DNA from: Candidatus Berkelbacteria bacterium
GTDB taxonomy: Bacteria; Patescibacteriota; UBA1384; XYA2-FULL-43-10; CAINNR01
Direction: 5' to 3'
NCBI GenBank assembly: GCA_037142675.1
Contig: JBAXAF010000005.1
Location: 1-57,758, forward strand
Length of the DNA: 57,758 nt
Shown here: piece by piece, positions 10,991-20,748 of the stretch
How the letters are laid out: each line of letters begins with the position of its first letter
How positions within the stretch are numbered: position 1 is the first letter of the stretch
The notes under the pieces: generated by a model
Told to the model about the DNA's origin: nothing
The model's database searches: none
The model's input: the letters and a program-made list of their open reading frames with translations, nothing else
Program-made: the position numbers and the translations under genes

Positions 10991-11606
10991 AAATCACGGC
11001 CGATTTATCATTTCGGCTGATCTGACAGCCAAGTATAATTATCCAGATCAAGAAAGCTAATATCCACCCTCGCTCAGAGATATTAATAACCTCTGATTTG
11101 TTAATATTTGCCCACAAACTAACAAGGCCGAAGATTAACGAAGCGGAAAATAAAATACTTGCTGTAAGTAGCACTCTTTGAATTTTCCCTTTCAGCAAGT
11201 ATAAAATTGCAAATATTTGAGAAACTAAAAATGTAATTACCAAACCAGTAATAAAATTATTGTGAACCACATCTCTTGTAGTTCGAACACCTTGCCATGG
11301 ATCCATTGGTGTAAACCAATTCATATAAATTAACCCCGAAAAACAAAGAAAAATAAAAACACCTGACAATTTAGCAAAAACATCTTTCTTCAAAATAAAG
11401 GCAAATGAGAATAACATAACTAAAATCGCCGATATTGAATAGCAAGCGTTTATTGCTATGGCGTGAGCCTCACCTCTAGCGTTAAGCTCACTAACTGTAT
11501 TCCAAAAATGACTGTAACCAGGCTTCAGCTCGGCGAACACAATAATCGTTAATAAATATGTCGTGGAGCCCAGGATCCCTGCCATACCTAACATCTTATT
11601 TTTCAT
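10989..11606 (-). CDS. polytopic membrane protein (DUF998-like, 205 aa)
   Basis: Six or so hydrophobic helices. 4-nt ATGA overlap with the htpX stop. Confidence 0.6.
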   Translation of the reverse strand: MKNKMLGMAGILGSTTYLLTIIVFAELKPGYSHFWNTVSELNARGEAHAIAINACYSISAILVMLFSFAFILKKDVFAKLSGVFIFLCFSGLIYMNWFTPMDPWQGVRTTRDVVHNNFITGLVITFLVSQIFAILYLLKGKIQRVLLTASILFSASLIFGLVSLWANINKSEVINISERGWILAFLIWIIILGCQISRNDKSAVI

Positions 11607-12490
11607 CCGGCCATTGCCTTCAAAGCTTTAATTCGCTCCTCAACCGGCGGATGAGTATCAAATAAACCGGAAAGCCAGGAGCGCTTTTTTCTTGGATTCA
11701 TAATAAATAACAACGATGTGGCATCATTAACATAACGAACTGGCTTCTTAAATTCTGATATTTTTCTAAGAGCGCCAGCTAAGCCCTCCGGATATCGTGT
11801 CAGAAGCGCTCCATTAGCATCGGCCATGTATTCTCTTTTTCGTGATATTGCCAGCTGAATAAGAGTAGCCATGATTGGTGCTAAAATTGCAATGATAATG
11901 CTTATTAACAAAGCAATACCATTGTTGCCACCATTATCATCATCGCCGAAGCCACCCCAAAAACTAATACGAAAAAATAAGTCAGATGCAATTGCGATCA
12001 CTCCAACAAGAACAACGACGACAACCATAAGCAGTGAATCGCGGTTGCCAATATGCGAGAGCTCATGAGCGACCACACCCTCAAGTTCATTTTTTTCCAT
12101 AATCGAGAGCAGTCCTGTCGTGACTGCAATAGATGAGTGTTTAGGGTCTCGACCCGTAGCAAAAGCATTTGGCGAGTCATCATTGATGATGTAGATTTTT
12201 GGAGCCGGAATACCAGCCGTGATGGCCAAATTTTCAACGATGCGGTACAATTCAGGATTATCAGATTTTTTAACAAATTGGGCATGAGTCATTGCCAGTG
12301 CAATGGAATCGCCCCAAAAGTAACTGGTGAGCGCCTGACCAACGGCAATAATGACAGCAATGATAAGAATCGCCGGCGAATTATAAATGTAAGAAAAAAG
12401 CCAACCGAGAGCGATGATAAAAATCAAGAATATCCCGATATAAAAAACCGTTTTAAATTTGTTAGAACCAATCTGATCGTAAATATTCAT
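11603..12490 (-). CDS. htpX: M48 zinc metalloprotease HtpX
   Basis: HELSHIGNRD HExxH motif, four TM segments, C-terminal THPPVEERI. Confidence 0.9.
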   Translation of the reverse strand: MNIYDQIGSNKFKTVFYIGIFLIFIIALGWLFSYIYNSPAILIIAVIIAVGQALTSYFWGDSIALAMTHAQFVKKSDNPELYRIVENLAITAGIPAPKIYIINDDSPNAFATGRDPKHSSIAVTTGLLSIMEKNELEGVVAHELSHIGNRDSLLMVVVVVLVGVIAIASDLFFRISFWGGFGDDDNGGNNGIALLISIIIAILAPIMATLIQLAISRKREYMADANGALLTRYPEGLAGALRKISEFKKPVRYVNDATSLLFIMNPRKKRSWLSGLFDTHPPVEERIKALKAMAG

Positions 12491-12509
12491 AGAGATAATT
12501 AGTTAAACT

Positions 12510-12538
12510 AAAAAAGCTAAGTTAATTTTAGCTTTTTT
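12510..12538 (-). terminator. bidirectional intrinsic terminator
   Basis: AAAAAAGCTAA (12510-12520) pairs with TTAGCTTTTTT (12528-12538). Confidence 0.6.
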
Positions 12539-12554
12539 AGCGTCCAATGTAAAA

Positions 12555-12845
12555 CTAAAGTGAAATTCGTTCAGCAATTCTGCCTACAACTGGCACTGGT
12601 TCGGACTTGCCGGTGAAAACATTTATAATGCCAGTAACCCAAATTACTAAATAGGCCAATAGAAATACCCAGCCGGCAACTGGAATCCAAAAAGTAAAAG
12701 CAACAGCAATTGCCAAAATAAACATGACAACACCCTGCTTTGCGTGATAATGCGCAAACTCATCTTTTTTGAAGAAATTTAATGGAAAGAAAAGCAACAC
12801 GCCAAGATAAGACATGAAAGCAATAAGTTTTTGCTTAATGGTCAA
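12555..12845 (-). CDS. small membrane protein (DUF4870-like, 96 aa)
   Basis: GGAGG SD 5 nt before a TTG start. YHAKQG motif between TM helices. Confidence 0.6.
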   Translation of the reverse strand: MTIKQKLIAFMSYLGVLLFFPLNFFKKDEFAHYHAKQGVVMFILAIAVAFTFWIPVAGWVFLLAYLVIWVTGIINVFTGKSEPVPVVGRIAERISL

Positions 12846-12886
12846 AGTGACCTCCGATTAGCCTCGTCCCCACGCTCGAGACAAAA

Positions 12887-13222
12887 TTAATTAACTAGTT
12901 TGATTGAAAAAGGATATTTGTAGGCTTCGCCTTTGCTAGCTGCCATTGCACCCTGAATACAGAACACCAAGTTTAGAATCCAAACTAAAGGATAAAGGAT
13001 AAAACCAATGCCAATAAATGAAAGGACCGCACATGCAACCCAGGCAATAAGAACGGTAATTTGAAAATTCAAAGCTTCCTTCGATTCTGAATAAGCGAAC
13101 GGTTTGTCTTTTGCGGTTAGATAAATAATTAATGGACCAACGACGCTTAGTACAATGCCTAAAATGTGAGCCAACATCGCCATGTTGTTAACATCGCTCG
13201 AACTTTTCTTTTCCTCTGGCAT
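12887..13222 (-). CDS. small membrane protein (DUF4870-like, 111 aa)
   Basis: MLAHILGI..., SKEALNFQITV, three TM helices. Paralogue-like to the neighbouring gene. Confidence 0.6.
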   Translation of the reverse strand: MPEEKKSSSDVNNMAMLAHILGIVLSVVGPLIIYLTAKDKPFAYSESKEALNFQITVLIAWVACAVLSFIGIGFILYPLVWILNLVFCIQGAMAASKGEAYKYPFSIKLVN

Positions 13223-13252
13223 AATTCTCCCTTTCTTTTAATTTGCTATTTA

Positions 13253-13807
13253 CTAAAATTTAACTTCAACGTTTTGTCGCTCGGCAACATCATCAAGCTC
13301 AAACAGCTCCTTTTTCTGATAATGAAACATGCCAGCGATGATGTTTGATGGAAAACTTTCAATTGCAATATTAAGATCCCGAACATTCCCATTGTAAAAT
13401 CTACGCGCAGCCTGGACTTTATCTTCTGTGTCAGTGATCTCTCTTTGTAGTTCGAGAAAATTTTCATTAGCTTTCAAGTCTGGGTAATTCTCTGCAACAG
13501 CAAATACTGATTTTAAACCTTCAGTGAGTTGATTCTCAGCCTTGGCCTTATCACCCAAGCCTTTTGACGAAATTGCTGCCGTTCTTGCTTCGGTAACTTT
13601 TTCAAATAACTCTTTTTCATGTTTAGCATATCCCTTAACGGTCTCGACTAAATTTGGGATCAAATCATGGCGACGCTTGAGCTGAACATCAATGTCACTC
13701 CAGGCTTCTTCACTGCGATTCTTCAAACTAACCAACCGGTTAAATACCGAGGCGACAACAACTAGCAGTACTACCAATATAATAATGACTATCCACGCAC
13801 CTGCCAT
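13253..13807 (-). CDS. lemA: LemA family protein
   Basis: N-terminal TM helix plus a helical domain with NRLV.LKN..EEAWS.IDVQLKRRHDLIPNLV. Confidence 0.85.
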   Translation of the reverse strand: MAGAWIVIIILVVLLVVVASVFNRLVSLKNRSEEAWSDIDVQLKRRHDLIPNLVETVKGYAKHEKELFEKVTEARTAAISSKGLGDKAKAENQLTEGLKSVFAVAENYPDLKANENFLELQREITDTEDKVQAARRFYNGNVRDLNIAIESFPSNIIAGMFHYQKKELFELDDVAERQNVEVKF

Positions 13808-13824
13808 ACTACTCCTTAATATTA

Positions 13825-15930
13825 TTACAAACTAGAAAGTGAATACAGAAATACGCTGCCAACCATTTTCCCAGATGTATCAGTGGTATCCTCCAGTACA
13901 CAAGTCAGAGTATAAGACGAACCATCTGATTTATACCCATAATAGTTGGTTGGGCTCTTCGGGTCAATAGGCAAAATTGTTAAATATGTTGGGACCAGTG
14001 ACGCATATAATGTTCCGGCTGACGCCGCAATCTTTTCCGATACTTGTGCCACAGGATACTTCCCGGTGGCGCCGCGGGAGCTTTCCAGAGCTTTGGCAAT
14101 ACTGGCTAGGTCAGCTTTTCTTTTGGAGTCACGACCTTTTACTGTCGTTAAATCAGCTGTAGCGGCTGTTGTTATTCCTGTGTACGGCAGCGAAGTTGCA
14201 GGAACCAAGAAATCGGCTGAGCTGTTGCCATAATCAGAAAAATTAAGAGTTATATCAATTCTTGCCACCGCTGATTGGCTTCCCGGAATGATTTTCATGG
14301 TCAGTTTATGAATTAAGTGATCGTTTACTCCCAACCAATAATCAGCGTCCAAACTTGAAACACTGTTATTGCCTAGACCAAAACTTTCCAGGGCACTTCC
14401 GATGGTCGCTTTTCCGCTGTAATGAAAGCACCTTACACCGTTTACTGTTTCACTATTGCCACGACTGCCAACAAGTGAAAAATCTGATCCGCTAAACTTG
14501 CTACCCCAAAAAGCTGAACCGGGAGCATCTGAACCAAATTTATTCAGATCAAATGATACCCATCCGCCCTTTGCCTTAGTGTCATAATTTATGTCACTAG
14601 AAGTGTTTAAATACATTTTGTTCTTTGAGTAAACTAGCTTGATCGAGGAATCAGAACTCTTGCTTGATTTTAATCCGATGTTTACACCACTGACCGAATC
14701 AGTTATCTGAGCGCTTATACTGGTTGCCAACTCTTCGACGGTTGAGGCGCCGGTGTTTGTGCCAGAATCAGTAGACGAGTCAGAAGATCCGGCGGATGAA
14801 ATTGATGGCGTTGATGTGCCAGCAGACGAACTCGAGTTTGAGGACGAGTCAGAAGAAGATGTGCTTGATGAGTCCTGGCTGCCGCTAATGTCAGTCGAGT
14901 CAGCCGCAGACGAGGTATCTTGAAATAAATCACTAGAAGGATCAGTCGATAACTCATCACTGGTCACGGCTAGCACCGCCTTAATTTTTGGCCCAATTTG
15001 CTCATCTTTAAAGGCTACTAAAGGTAAGGCAGCCGCTGAAACAATTGGAGAAATTAAGTTAGATTTTACACCCTTGTTAACAGTTATTGTTGCATCACCA
15101 GAGATCTTGAAATTTGGCTCTGACTTCATTTTAACTGCTGAGATAGCAAATGCATTCTCAGCATTCGCTGGAAGACCACCCCAAAGCGCTTCCAAGCGGA
15201 CGGCGCCATAAGTTTTCTCGAGGCCAACTGAAATCAAACCTTTTTCAGTTAAAAATACCCCACCAGCAAAAAGTATGATTAGCCCAATTACCCCGGCGGC
15301 AACATATGTTACTACCTTATTTCCTGGCTTCTTGATGGCTGGTGGCGCAACCGCAGCAGCAGGCTGAATCGGAACTTGACCGACTGGAGCTATATTTGGA
15401 ACTGGCTGTACAATATTAGGTGCCGCGGCAGGAGTGGGGGGCGGCATTACAGGCTGAGCTATATTTGGAGCCACTGGTTTCTGTGCTAACGGCTGAGCTT
15501 GACCTTGAACCGAAGATGGCGCTGCTGTGGACGCCACACCGTCTGGATTACCGGCCTGTCCATATACTGATTGCCAAAAGTTGCTTGGGGCGGCGGTAGA
15601 TGGTGCGGGAGATGACTGTGATGTTACGGAATTGACCCCAGTTTTAATTGGTGCCGGAGCGGCGGCCGGACTTGGAGCTGGAGCAACGTTACTGGGAGTT
15701 GGTTGGGTGACTGTCGAAACATCAACTTTAGCCCCAACTTTCTCGTCGGTATCAATAGGAATATTAAGCCCGGCTGGTTGTGCAGCATCAGTTGAGGCAG
15801 CGCCTGCCGTTGGCTGTTTATTTACATCAAGATCACCAACAACTGTTGGTGCTGATTTAGCAGTTTGTGTATTCTCTGGTAGCGGTTCGTCCCAAGGTGA
15901 ACCACCAGTTGTTTTTCCAATATCAGCCAT
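13825..15930 (-). CDS. large Pro/Ala- and Ser-rich membrane-anchored surface protein with pilin-like C-terminal motif
   Basis: GGAGGGG SD before ATG 15930 (the ORF track starts 7 codons earlier). One TM helix (VVTYVAAGVIGLIILFAGGVFL), a poly-Ser tract, and C-terminal GRDSKRKADLASIAKALE as in pseudopilin cores. Confidence 0.7.
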   Translation of the reverse strand: MADIGKTTGGSPWDEPLPENTQTAKSAPTVVGDLDVNKQPTAGAASTDAAQPAGLNIPIDTDEKVGAKVDVSTVTQPTPSNVAPAPSPAAAPAPIKTGVNSVTSQSSPAPSTAAPSNFWQSVYGQAGNPDGVASTAAPSSVQGQAQPLAQKPVAPNIAQPVMPPPTPAAAPNIVQPVPNIAPVGQVPIQPAAAVAPPAIKKPGNKVVTYVAAGVIGLIILFAGGVFLTEKGLISVGLEKTYGAVRLEALWGGLPANAENAFAISAVKMKSEPNFKISGDATITVNKGVKSNLISPIVSAAALPLVAFKDEQIGPKIKAVLAVTSDELSTDPSSDLFQDTSSAADSTDISGSQDSSSTSSSDSSSNSSSSAGTSTPSISSAGSSDSSTDSGTNTGASTVEELATSISAQITDSVSGVNIGLKSSKSSDSSIKLVYSKNKMYLNTSSDINYDTKAKGGWVSFDLNKFGSDAPGSAFWGSKFSGSDFSLVGSRGNSETVNGVRCFHYSGKATIGSALESFGLGNNSVSSLDADYWLGVNDHLIHKLTMKIIPGSQSAVARIDITLNFSDYGNSSADFLVPATSLPYTGITTAATADLTTVKGRDSKRKADLASIAKALESSRGATGKYPVAQVSEKIAASAGTLYASLVPTYLTILPIDPKSPTNYYGYKSDGSSYTLTCVLEDTTDTSGKMVGSVFLYSLSSL

Positions 15931-16084
15931 TAAATCCCCTCCGCCACACATTTAACATCCAATAGTTCGTGGCGCCCTACCGTAGCGAACATTCGACTGC
16001 GAGGGCTGTAATCCTCGAAGCGAATTTGAGCGAAGGAGGGCACGACACTATACTACATATAATACTTTATTTCTGATTTTTTTT

Positions 16085-16540
16085 CTACTTTTTATTTCCG
16101 GCCAGCGCCGAAACCTTGACAATAATATCAAGCGTTTGCTGTCCAGGAAGCGCTAAATTAATTTTATGATCGCCAATCTCTTTAATTGCTAAGTTTGGGC
16201 TGATTGATTCAATTTTGACTTTCAATTTTTCCTCAGCTAGAGTTTTAATTTCTTTAATTGTTACGCTGCCAAATAATTTTCCTTCAGTCGAAGCTTTTCG
16301 CTCAAAATCAATTACTAAATTTTGGTTTTTACTGGCAATTTCAGCAACTTTTTTAATCTCTTCCTGCTCTTTGTCTGTTTGCGTCTCCTTTTTCATCAAA
16401 ATTTCTTGGCCAACGATGCTATCGGCAGTTACAGCCAAAGCATTTGGAAATAAAAAGTTTCGCGCATAGCCAGGCTTGGCTTCCTTTTCGTCACCCTTCT
16501 GCCCCACATTTTTAATGTCAGCAGTTAAAATTACTTTCAT
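16085..16540 (-). CDS. rplI: 50S ribosomal protein L9
   Basis: MKVILTADIKNVGQKGD..V..GYARNFLFP N-domain, 151 aa. Confidence 0.9.
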   Translation of the reverse strand: MKVILTADIKNVGQKGDEKEAKPGYARNFLFPNALAVTADSIVGQEILMKKETQTDKEQEEIKKVAEIASKNQNLVIDFERKASTEGKLFGSVTIKEIKTLAEEKLKVKIESISPNLAIKEIGDHKINLALPGQQTLDIIVKVSALAGNKK

Positions 16541-16598
16541 ATTTTTTCTCTTTCAAGTCTAATGCCAAGGGATATTACCCCGAGGTCAAAGACCTTTA

Positions 16599-17822
16599 TT
16601 ACTTAATTTTTGTAACAATTTCAGTTTTCGCTTTGTCCATTTGCGGATCAGCCGTTGACGATGAATCGGTTGGGGCTGCGACAACAATATCCGGAGTAAT
16701 ACCGATTTTATTTATCTGCGAACCATTTGGCGTTAGCCAATTAGCAATGGTCACTTTTAGCGCCGCACCACCAGAGAGTGGCTCAATTTGCTGAACACAG
16801 CCCTTGCCAAAAGTTTTCTCGCCGATAATTTCTCCGCGATTATTATCTTTTACCGCTCCAGTCAAAATTTCTGCTGCAGATGCACTGCCACCATTAACCA
16901 AAACTACCAATGGGTAATCCAGAAGAAGTGAATTACCGTCGGCCTTATAATCCGTCTTTGAATTGTTTTTGTCAACTTCTGAGACTACTACTTTATCCTT
17001 TGGCAGCAATAAACTTGCAACTGAAATGCTAGAATCTAGGTAACCGCCAGGGTTATTGCGCAAATCCAATATAATACCCGAAACGCCATCGCCTTTTAAT
17101 TGATTGGCGTATTTATCTGCCAAACTCACCGTATCATCACCAAATTGGCTGATTTTAATTACTGCAATCTTCTTACCTGAAACGGAAATCATGTTATATG
17201 TCACACTGCTAATTTTAATGTTCTGCCTGGTAACAATTATCTCAAGCGGCTGGTCAGAACCAGAGTGAACAATTTTAAGTTTTACTTCAGTGCCGGCTTT
17301 GCCCCTGATTTTACTAATTACTTCGTCCAAACTCATATTTTCTACCGACGAACCGTTAACCTCTAAAATTACATCCCTAGCTTTTATCCCAGCTTTTTCC
17401 GCTGGCGAAGATGCCAGCGGTGCGATAACCGTAACTTGGTTATTATTCATAATCAACTCAGCCCCAATCCCTTCAAATTGGCCGGAAAGGTCCGAAGTTA
17501 GTGCGTCGTTATCAGAGGGTTTTAGAAACACGGTATATGGATCACCCAAAGACGCGGCCATGCCAGAAATTGCACCATAAACCATTGCCTGTGGATCAGA
17601 CGAACCGTTGTAAAGATCCCTTAGCCTAGACCAGGTTTGCCAAAACAAGGAAAAATCAACGCTGGAAGGCTGACCAACTGAAGAGTTTTTTATGTATGAT
17701 GGTGGCAAGTAGTTTGAATTATGGCGAGCGCCAAAACCGTAGCCAGCGTAAAAAAACAAAATCAATGCCACTATCGGTAGCACAATTTTGGCAATTTTTT
17801 TGTTATTTTTCTTTCTTTCCAA
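16599..17822 (-). CDS. S41 carboxy-terminal processing protease
   Basis: N-terminal anchor, PDZ region (GIKARDVILEVNG), catalytic GGSASAAEIL and downstream TFGKG. Confidence 0.9.
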   Translation of the reverse strand: MERKKNNKKIAKIVLPIVALILFFYAGYGFGARHNSNYLPPSYIKNSSVGQPSSVDFSLFWQTWSRLRDLYNGSSDPQAMVYGAISGMAASLGDPYTVFLKPSDNDALTSDLSGQFEGIGAELIMNNNQVTVIAPLASSPAEKAGIKARDVILEVNGSSVENMSLDEVISKIRGKAGTEVKLKIVHSGSDQPLEIIVTRQNIKISSVTYNMISVSGKKIAVIKISQFGDDTVSLADKYANQLKGDGVSGIILDLRNNPGGYLDSSISVASLLLPKDKVVVSEVDKNNSKTDYKADGNSLLLDYPLVVLVNGGSASAAEILTGAVKDNNRGEIIGEKTFGKGCVQQIEPLSGGAALKVTIANWLTPNGSQINKIGITPDIVVAAPTDSSSTADPQMDKAKTEIVTKIK

Positions 17823-17835
17823 AATAGTTTTCTAA

Positions 17836-18978
17836 TTAATAAATATAGCTGTACGAGCCGTAATTTCCGGGGCTAACATTTTTTCGGTAATCGTAAGCAT
17901 ATTTTGTCCAGTTATACTCCGATAAATCGATTGCGCCATCACCATTTACAGCTTCAACTATGGCGACGTGGCCCCATTGATCACCGGAATAAAGCGGGCC
18001 ATACCATGTAACTATTGCACCGACTCTAGGAGTCTGACTAACTGAATAGCCTTGAGTTCTGGCTAACTCTGGCCAATACCTTGCACTCCCGCGACCAGGT
18101 TGGGTATTTGTCCAATCCTTGCCTAATTTCACATTCCAATACCAAGCGGCGTAGGATGTACATTCACGAGTTAGGAAATCCCACGGGTCCGGCTCATCAA
18201 TTCCAGAAAATGGATAACTGGTTGAGCCATAAATTATTGACTCATTCCAGTGACTTTTTGACCTTTCAGCATAAATTGCGGCTGAAACCGTCGCAATTTC
18301 TCCTTGCAGTTTACTCACGAGAGCTAAATACTGTTGCTGCTGAGCTTGTGTCATATTGAGCATCTGAGTTTGCAGATTCTTCTGGTTAACTACGGAAGTT
18401 TTATAGGATGTTTGTTGCTGCTGCAAACTCTGAAGATCAGTCATTTTTTTCTGTTGATCACTTTTTTGAACCGCAAGTTGAGCTTTTAAATCATTAACTT
18501 TTGCAATTGTACTAGTTACTTGAAGTTTTATCGAGTCATAATATTGCTGCTTGGAAACCATTGAAGACAAACTATTGGAGCTAAATAGGGTTTCAAAAAA
18601 GCCAACACTTCCCTCCATGTACCAGCTCGAGATTACTTGATTCAACTTGTTTTTTTGATCTGCTAGTTTTGCTTCCTGAGTAGTAATTTGGCTGGTAAGG
18701 TCGTCAATTGTTGCCTGAGTGCTGGAAATGCCTCCGTTAGTTTGATCGAGTGCGGCTTGAGTTTGGTTAATTTGATTCGTCACCACACTAATCTGAGTTT
18801 TCATTTGGGCGGCTTCTGCAGCTTTCTGATTTGCCTGAGCCAAGGCCTGGGCCTGCTGCTGCTGCAGTGCTGCTCTCTGTTGTTCTTTGGCAGTCAAAGC
18901 AAAAATAACGTTAGTTGGTACGCCATTGACCACGAGAGCTAGCAGAAACGCAATGATTATTTTAAAATGATTTTTCAT
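17836..18978 (-). CDS. PcsB-like coiled-coil protein with C-terminal CHAP amidase/peptidase domain
   Basis: ATG 18978 overlaps the ftsX TGA (ATGA). Signal anchor, long Gln-rich coiled coil, CHAP Cys (RECTSYAAW) and His (WGHVAIVE). Confidence 0.8.
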   Translation of the reverse strand: MKNHFKIIIAFLLALVVNGVPTNVIFALTAKEQQRAALQQQQAQALAQANQKAAEAAQMKTQISVVTNQINQTQAALDQTNGGISSTQATIDDLTSQITTQEAKLADQKNKLNQVISSWYMEGSVGFFETLFSSNSLSSMVSKQQYYDSIKLQVTSTIAKVNDLKAQLAVQKSDQQKKMTDLQSLQQQQTSYKTSVVNQKNLQTQMLNMTQAQQQQYLALVSKLQGEIATVSAAIYAERSKSHWNESIIYGSTSYPFSGIDEPDPWDFLTRECTSYAAWYWNVKLGKDWTNTQPGRGSARYWPELARTQGYSVSQTPRVGAIVTWYGPLYSGDQWGHVAIVEAVNGDGAIDLSEYNWTKYAYDYRKNVSPGNYGSYSYIY

Positions 18979-19916
18979 TTTTTGTTTTTTCCAAATAAAT
19001 ACTGCCGCATAGCGACTAACGAACAAATTGCTCCCATAACCAAGCCAATGACAAACTGTGAAGCAATAATCAGCCAAAAACTTTCATGGAGTGATGACTC
19101 CAACCCAACCATACCCAAATAACTTTCTGTCGGCGGTAAGGCAACTCGATAAACAACATAGAAAATTGCTGATGAAATGATGGCGCCCAGAAAGCCATAT
19201 GCCATACCTTCTATCATGAATGGTGCCCGAACATAGGAGTCCGACGCTCCCACCAATTTCATTATCTCTATTTCATCAGAGCGGCTATAAATTGTCAAAC
19301 GCAGAGTATTATAAACAATTAAAACTGATACCAGCATGAAAATTAACGACAACGCTAGCCCCAATGTTCGGATGAAACCTGTGATTCGAACTAGTCTATC
19401 AACAATATCTTTGGTTTTTTTGTAACTTATTTCCTGAATTAATGAAGCGTAATCCTGATTGTCCAAAAAGTTTGCGACAGTTTCAATTTGTTGCGGAGTT
19501 ACGGTTTGAATTTCAAAACTTCGAGGCAGCGGGTTGTCGGTCTCAGAAATCACGTTAGCTATGTCGGAATTATCAGCATTACTTTGTTGCCAGGCGGCTA
19601 GCGCCTGATCTTTCGAGGTGAAATCCACACTTTTTACTTCCGGCCGCGATTTAATAATGTCAGAAAGCGCCGAAACCTGATCGTCGGTATCTGCGTCCTT
19701 AAGATAGACGGTTAAATCAACTTTTCCTTTAAGTGTTGTCGCCGCCTTATTGGCTACTATAATGGTTAAAGAAAATACCGAAATGATAAATAATGCGAGT
19801 ACTATAATCACTGTCGTTGCTAACGATAAAAGCCGGTTGCGCCAAAATGACAAAATGCTCATCTTAAAGACGCGACCTACTGTCATCATCATGCTGGAAA
19901 TTCCATTTGACTGCAT
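18975..19916 (-). CDS. ftsX: cell-division ABC permease-like protein FtsX
   Basis: Four TM helices with a large first extracellular loop. It directly follows ftsE. Confidence 0.85.
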   Translation of the reverse strand: MQSNGISSMMMTVGRVFKMSILSFWRNRLLSLATTVIIVLALFIISVFSLTIIVANKAATTLKGKVDLTVYLKDADTDDQVSALSDIIKSRPEVKSVDFTSKDQALAAWQQSNADNSDIANVISETDNPLPRSFEIQTVTPQQIETVANFLDNQDYASLIQEISYKKTKDIVDRLVRITGFIRTLGLALSLIFMLVSVLIVYNTLRLTIYSRSDEIEIMKLVGASDSYVRAPFMIEGMAYGFLGAIISSAIFYVVYRVALPPTESYLGMVGLESSLHESFWLIIASQFVIGLVMGAICSLVAMRQYLFGKNKK

Positions 19917-19932
19917 TTTCTATTACCTAATA

Positions 19933-20613
19933 TTAAAGTATATATTTCCCGTCTTCTTTGTCGCCGATAATTTTCCCATCTTTCATAGTAATGACTCGTT
20001 TGTGGATTGCATCAACGATTTCTTTATCATGGGTTGCCAACAGTACTATTGTCCCCTGCTTATTTATCTTAAATAATAACTCAATGATTTCCCAAGAATT
20101 AACCGGGTCCAGGTTGCCCGTTGGTTCATCAGCAATAAGTAATTTCGGCTCGTGGACTAATGCTCTGGCAATTGATACCCGTTGCTTTTCTCCGCCTGAT
20201 AACTCTTCAGCCAACGCGGCCGCCCGGTTTTCCAAACCAACAAGTGCCAACATTTCACCAACCCGCTTTTTAATTACCCCGGGCAGTACTCCGGCCACTT
20301 CTAAAGCAAAAGCAACATTTTCATAGACAGTTTTTCGCGACAGCAGTTTAAAATCTTGGAAGACAACCCCAACCTTGCGCCGATAATAAGGCAGCTCCCT
20401 TTCCTTAAGTTGAAAAATATCACGGTCGGCAACCAGAATCCTGCCGGAGGATGGTTCCTCTTCACGTGTTAACATTTTAATTAATGTCGATTTTCCAGCC
20501 CCAGATGGCCCAACCAGTGCAACAAATTCCCGGGCTCCGATCTTAAAAGTTATATCGTCAACTGCCACGATATCTTTACCATATTTTTTTGTTACATGTT
20601 GGAATTCAATCAT
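19933..20613 (-). CDS. ftsE: cell-division ABC ATPase FtsE
   Basis: Walker A GPSGAGKST, signature LSGGEKQR, Walker B LLIADEPT. Confidence 0.95.
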   Translation of the reverse strand: MIEFQHVTKKYGKDIVAVDDITFKIGAREFVALVGPSGAGKSTLIKMLTREEEPSSGRILVADRDIFQLKERELPYYRRKVGVVFQDFKLLSRKTVYENVAFALEVAGVLPGVIKKRVGEMLALVGLENRAAALAEELSGGEKQRVSIARALVHEPKLLIADEPTGNLDPVNSWEIIELLFKINKQGTIVLLATHDKEIVDAIHKRVITMKDGKIIGDKEDGKYIL

Positions 20614-20748
20614 AATTTTTAAATCAAATTTTAAATACTAATATCTAAACTCTAAACAATTTTCAAAATTCAAATGTTTGAATGTTTTAAAATTTTGGTT
20701 TTTGGTCATTTGGATTTGTCTAGAATTTAGAGTTTAGAATTTAGGATT
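20614..20748. repeat. about 130-bp palindromic intergenic repeat, family 1, copy a
   Basis: Left arm ...ATATCTAAACTCTAAACAATTTTCAAAATTCAAATG and right arm CATTTGGATTTGTCTAGAATTTAGAGTTTAGAAT. It fills the whole gpmI-ftsE gap. Confidence 0.85.
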
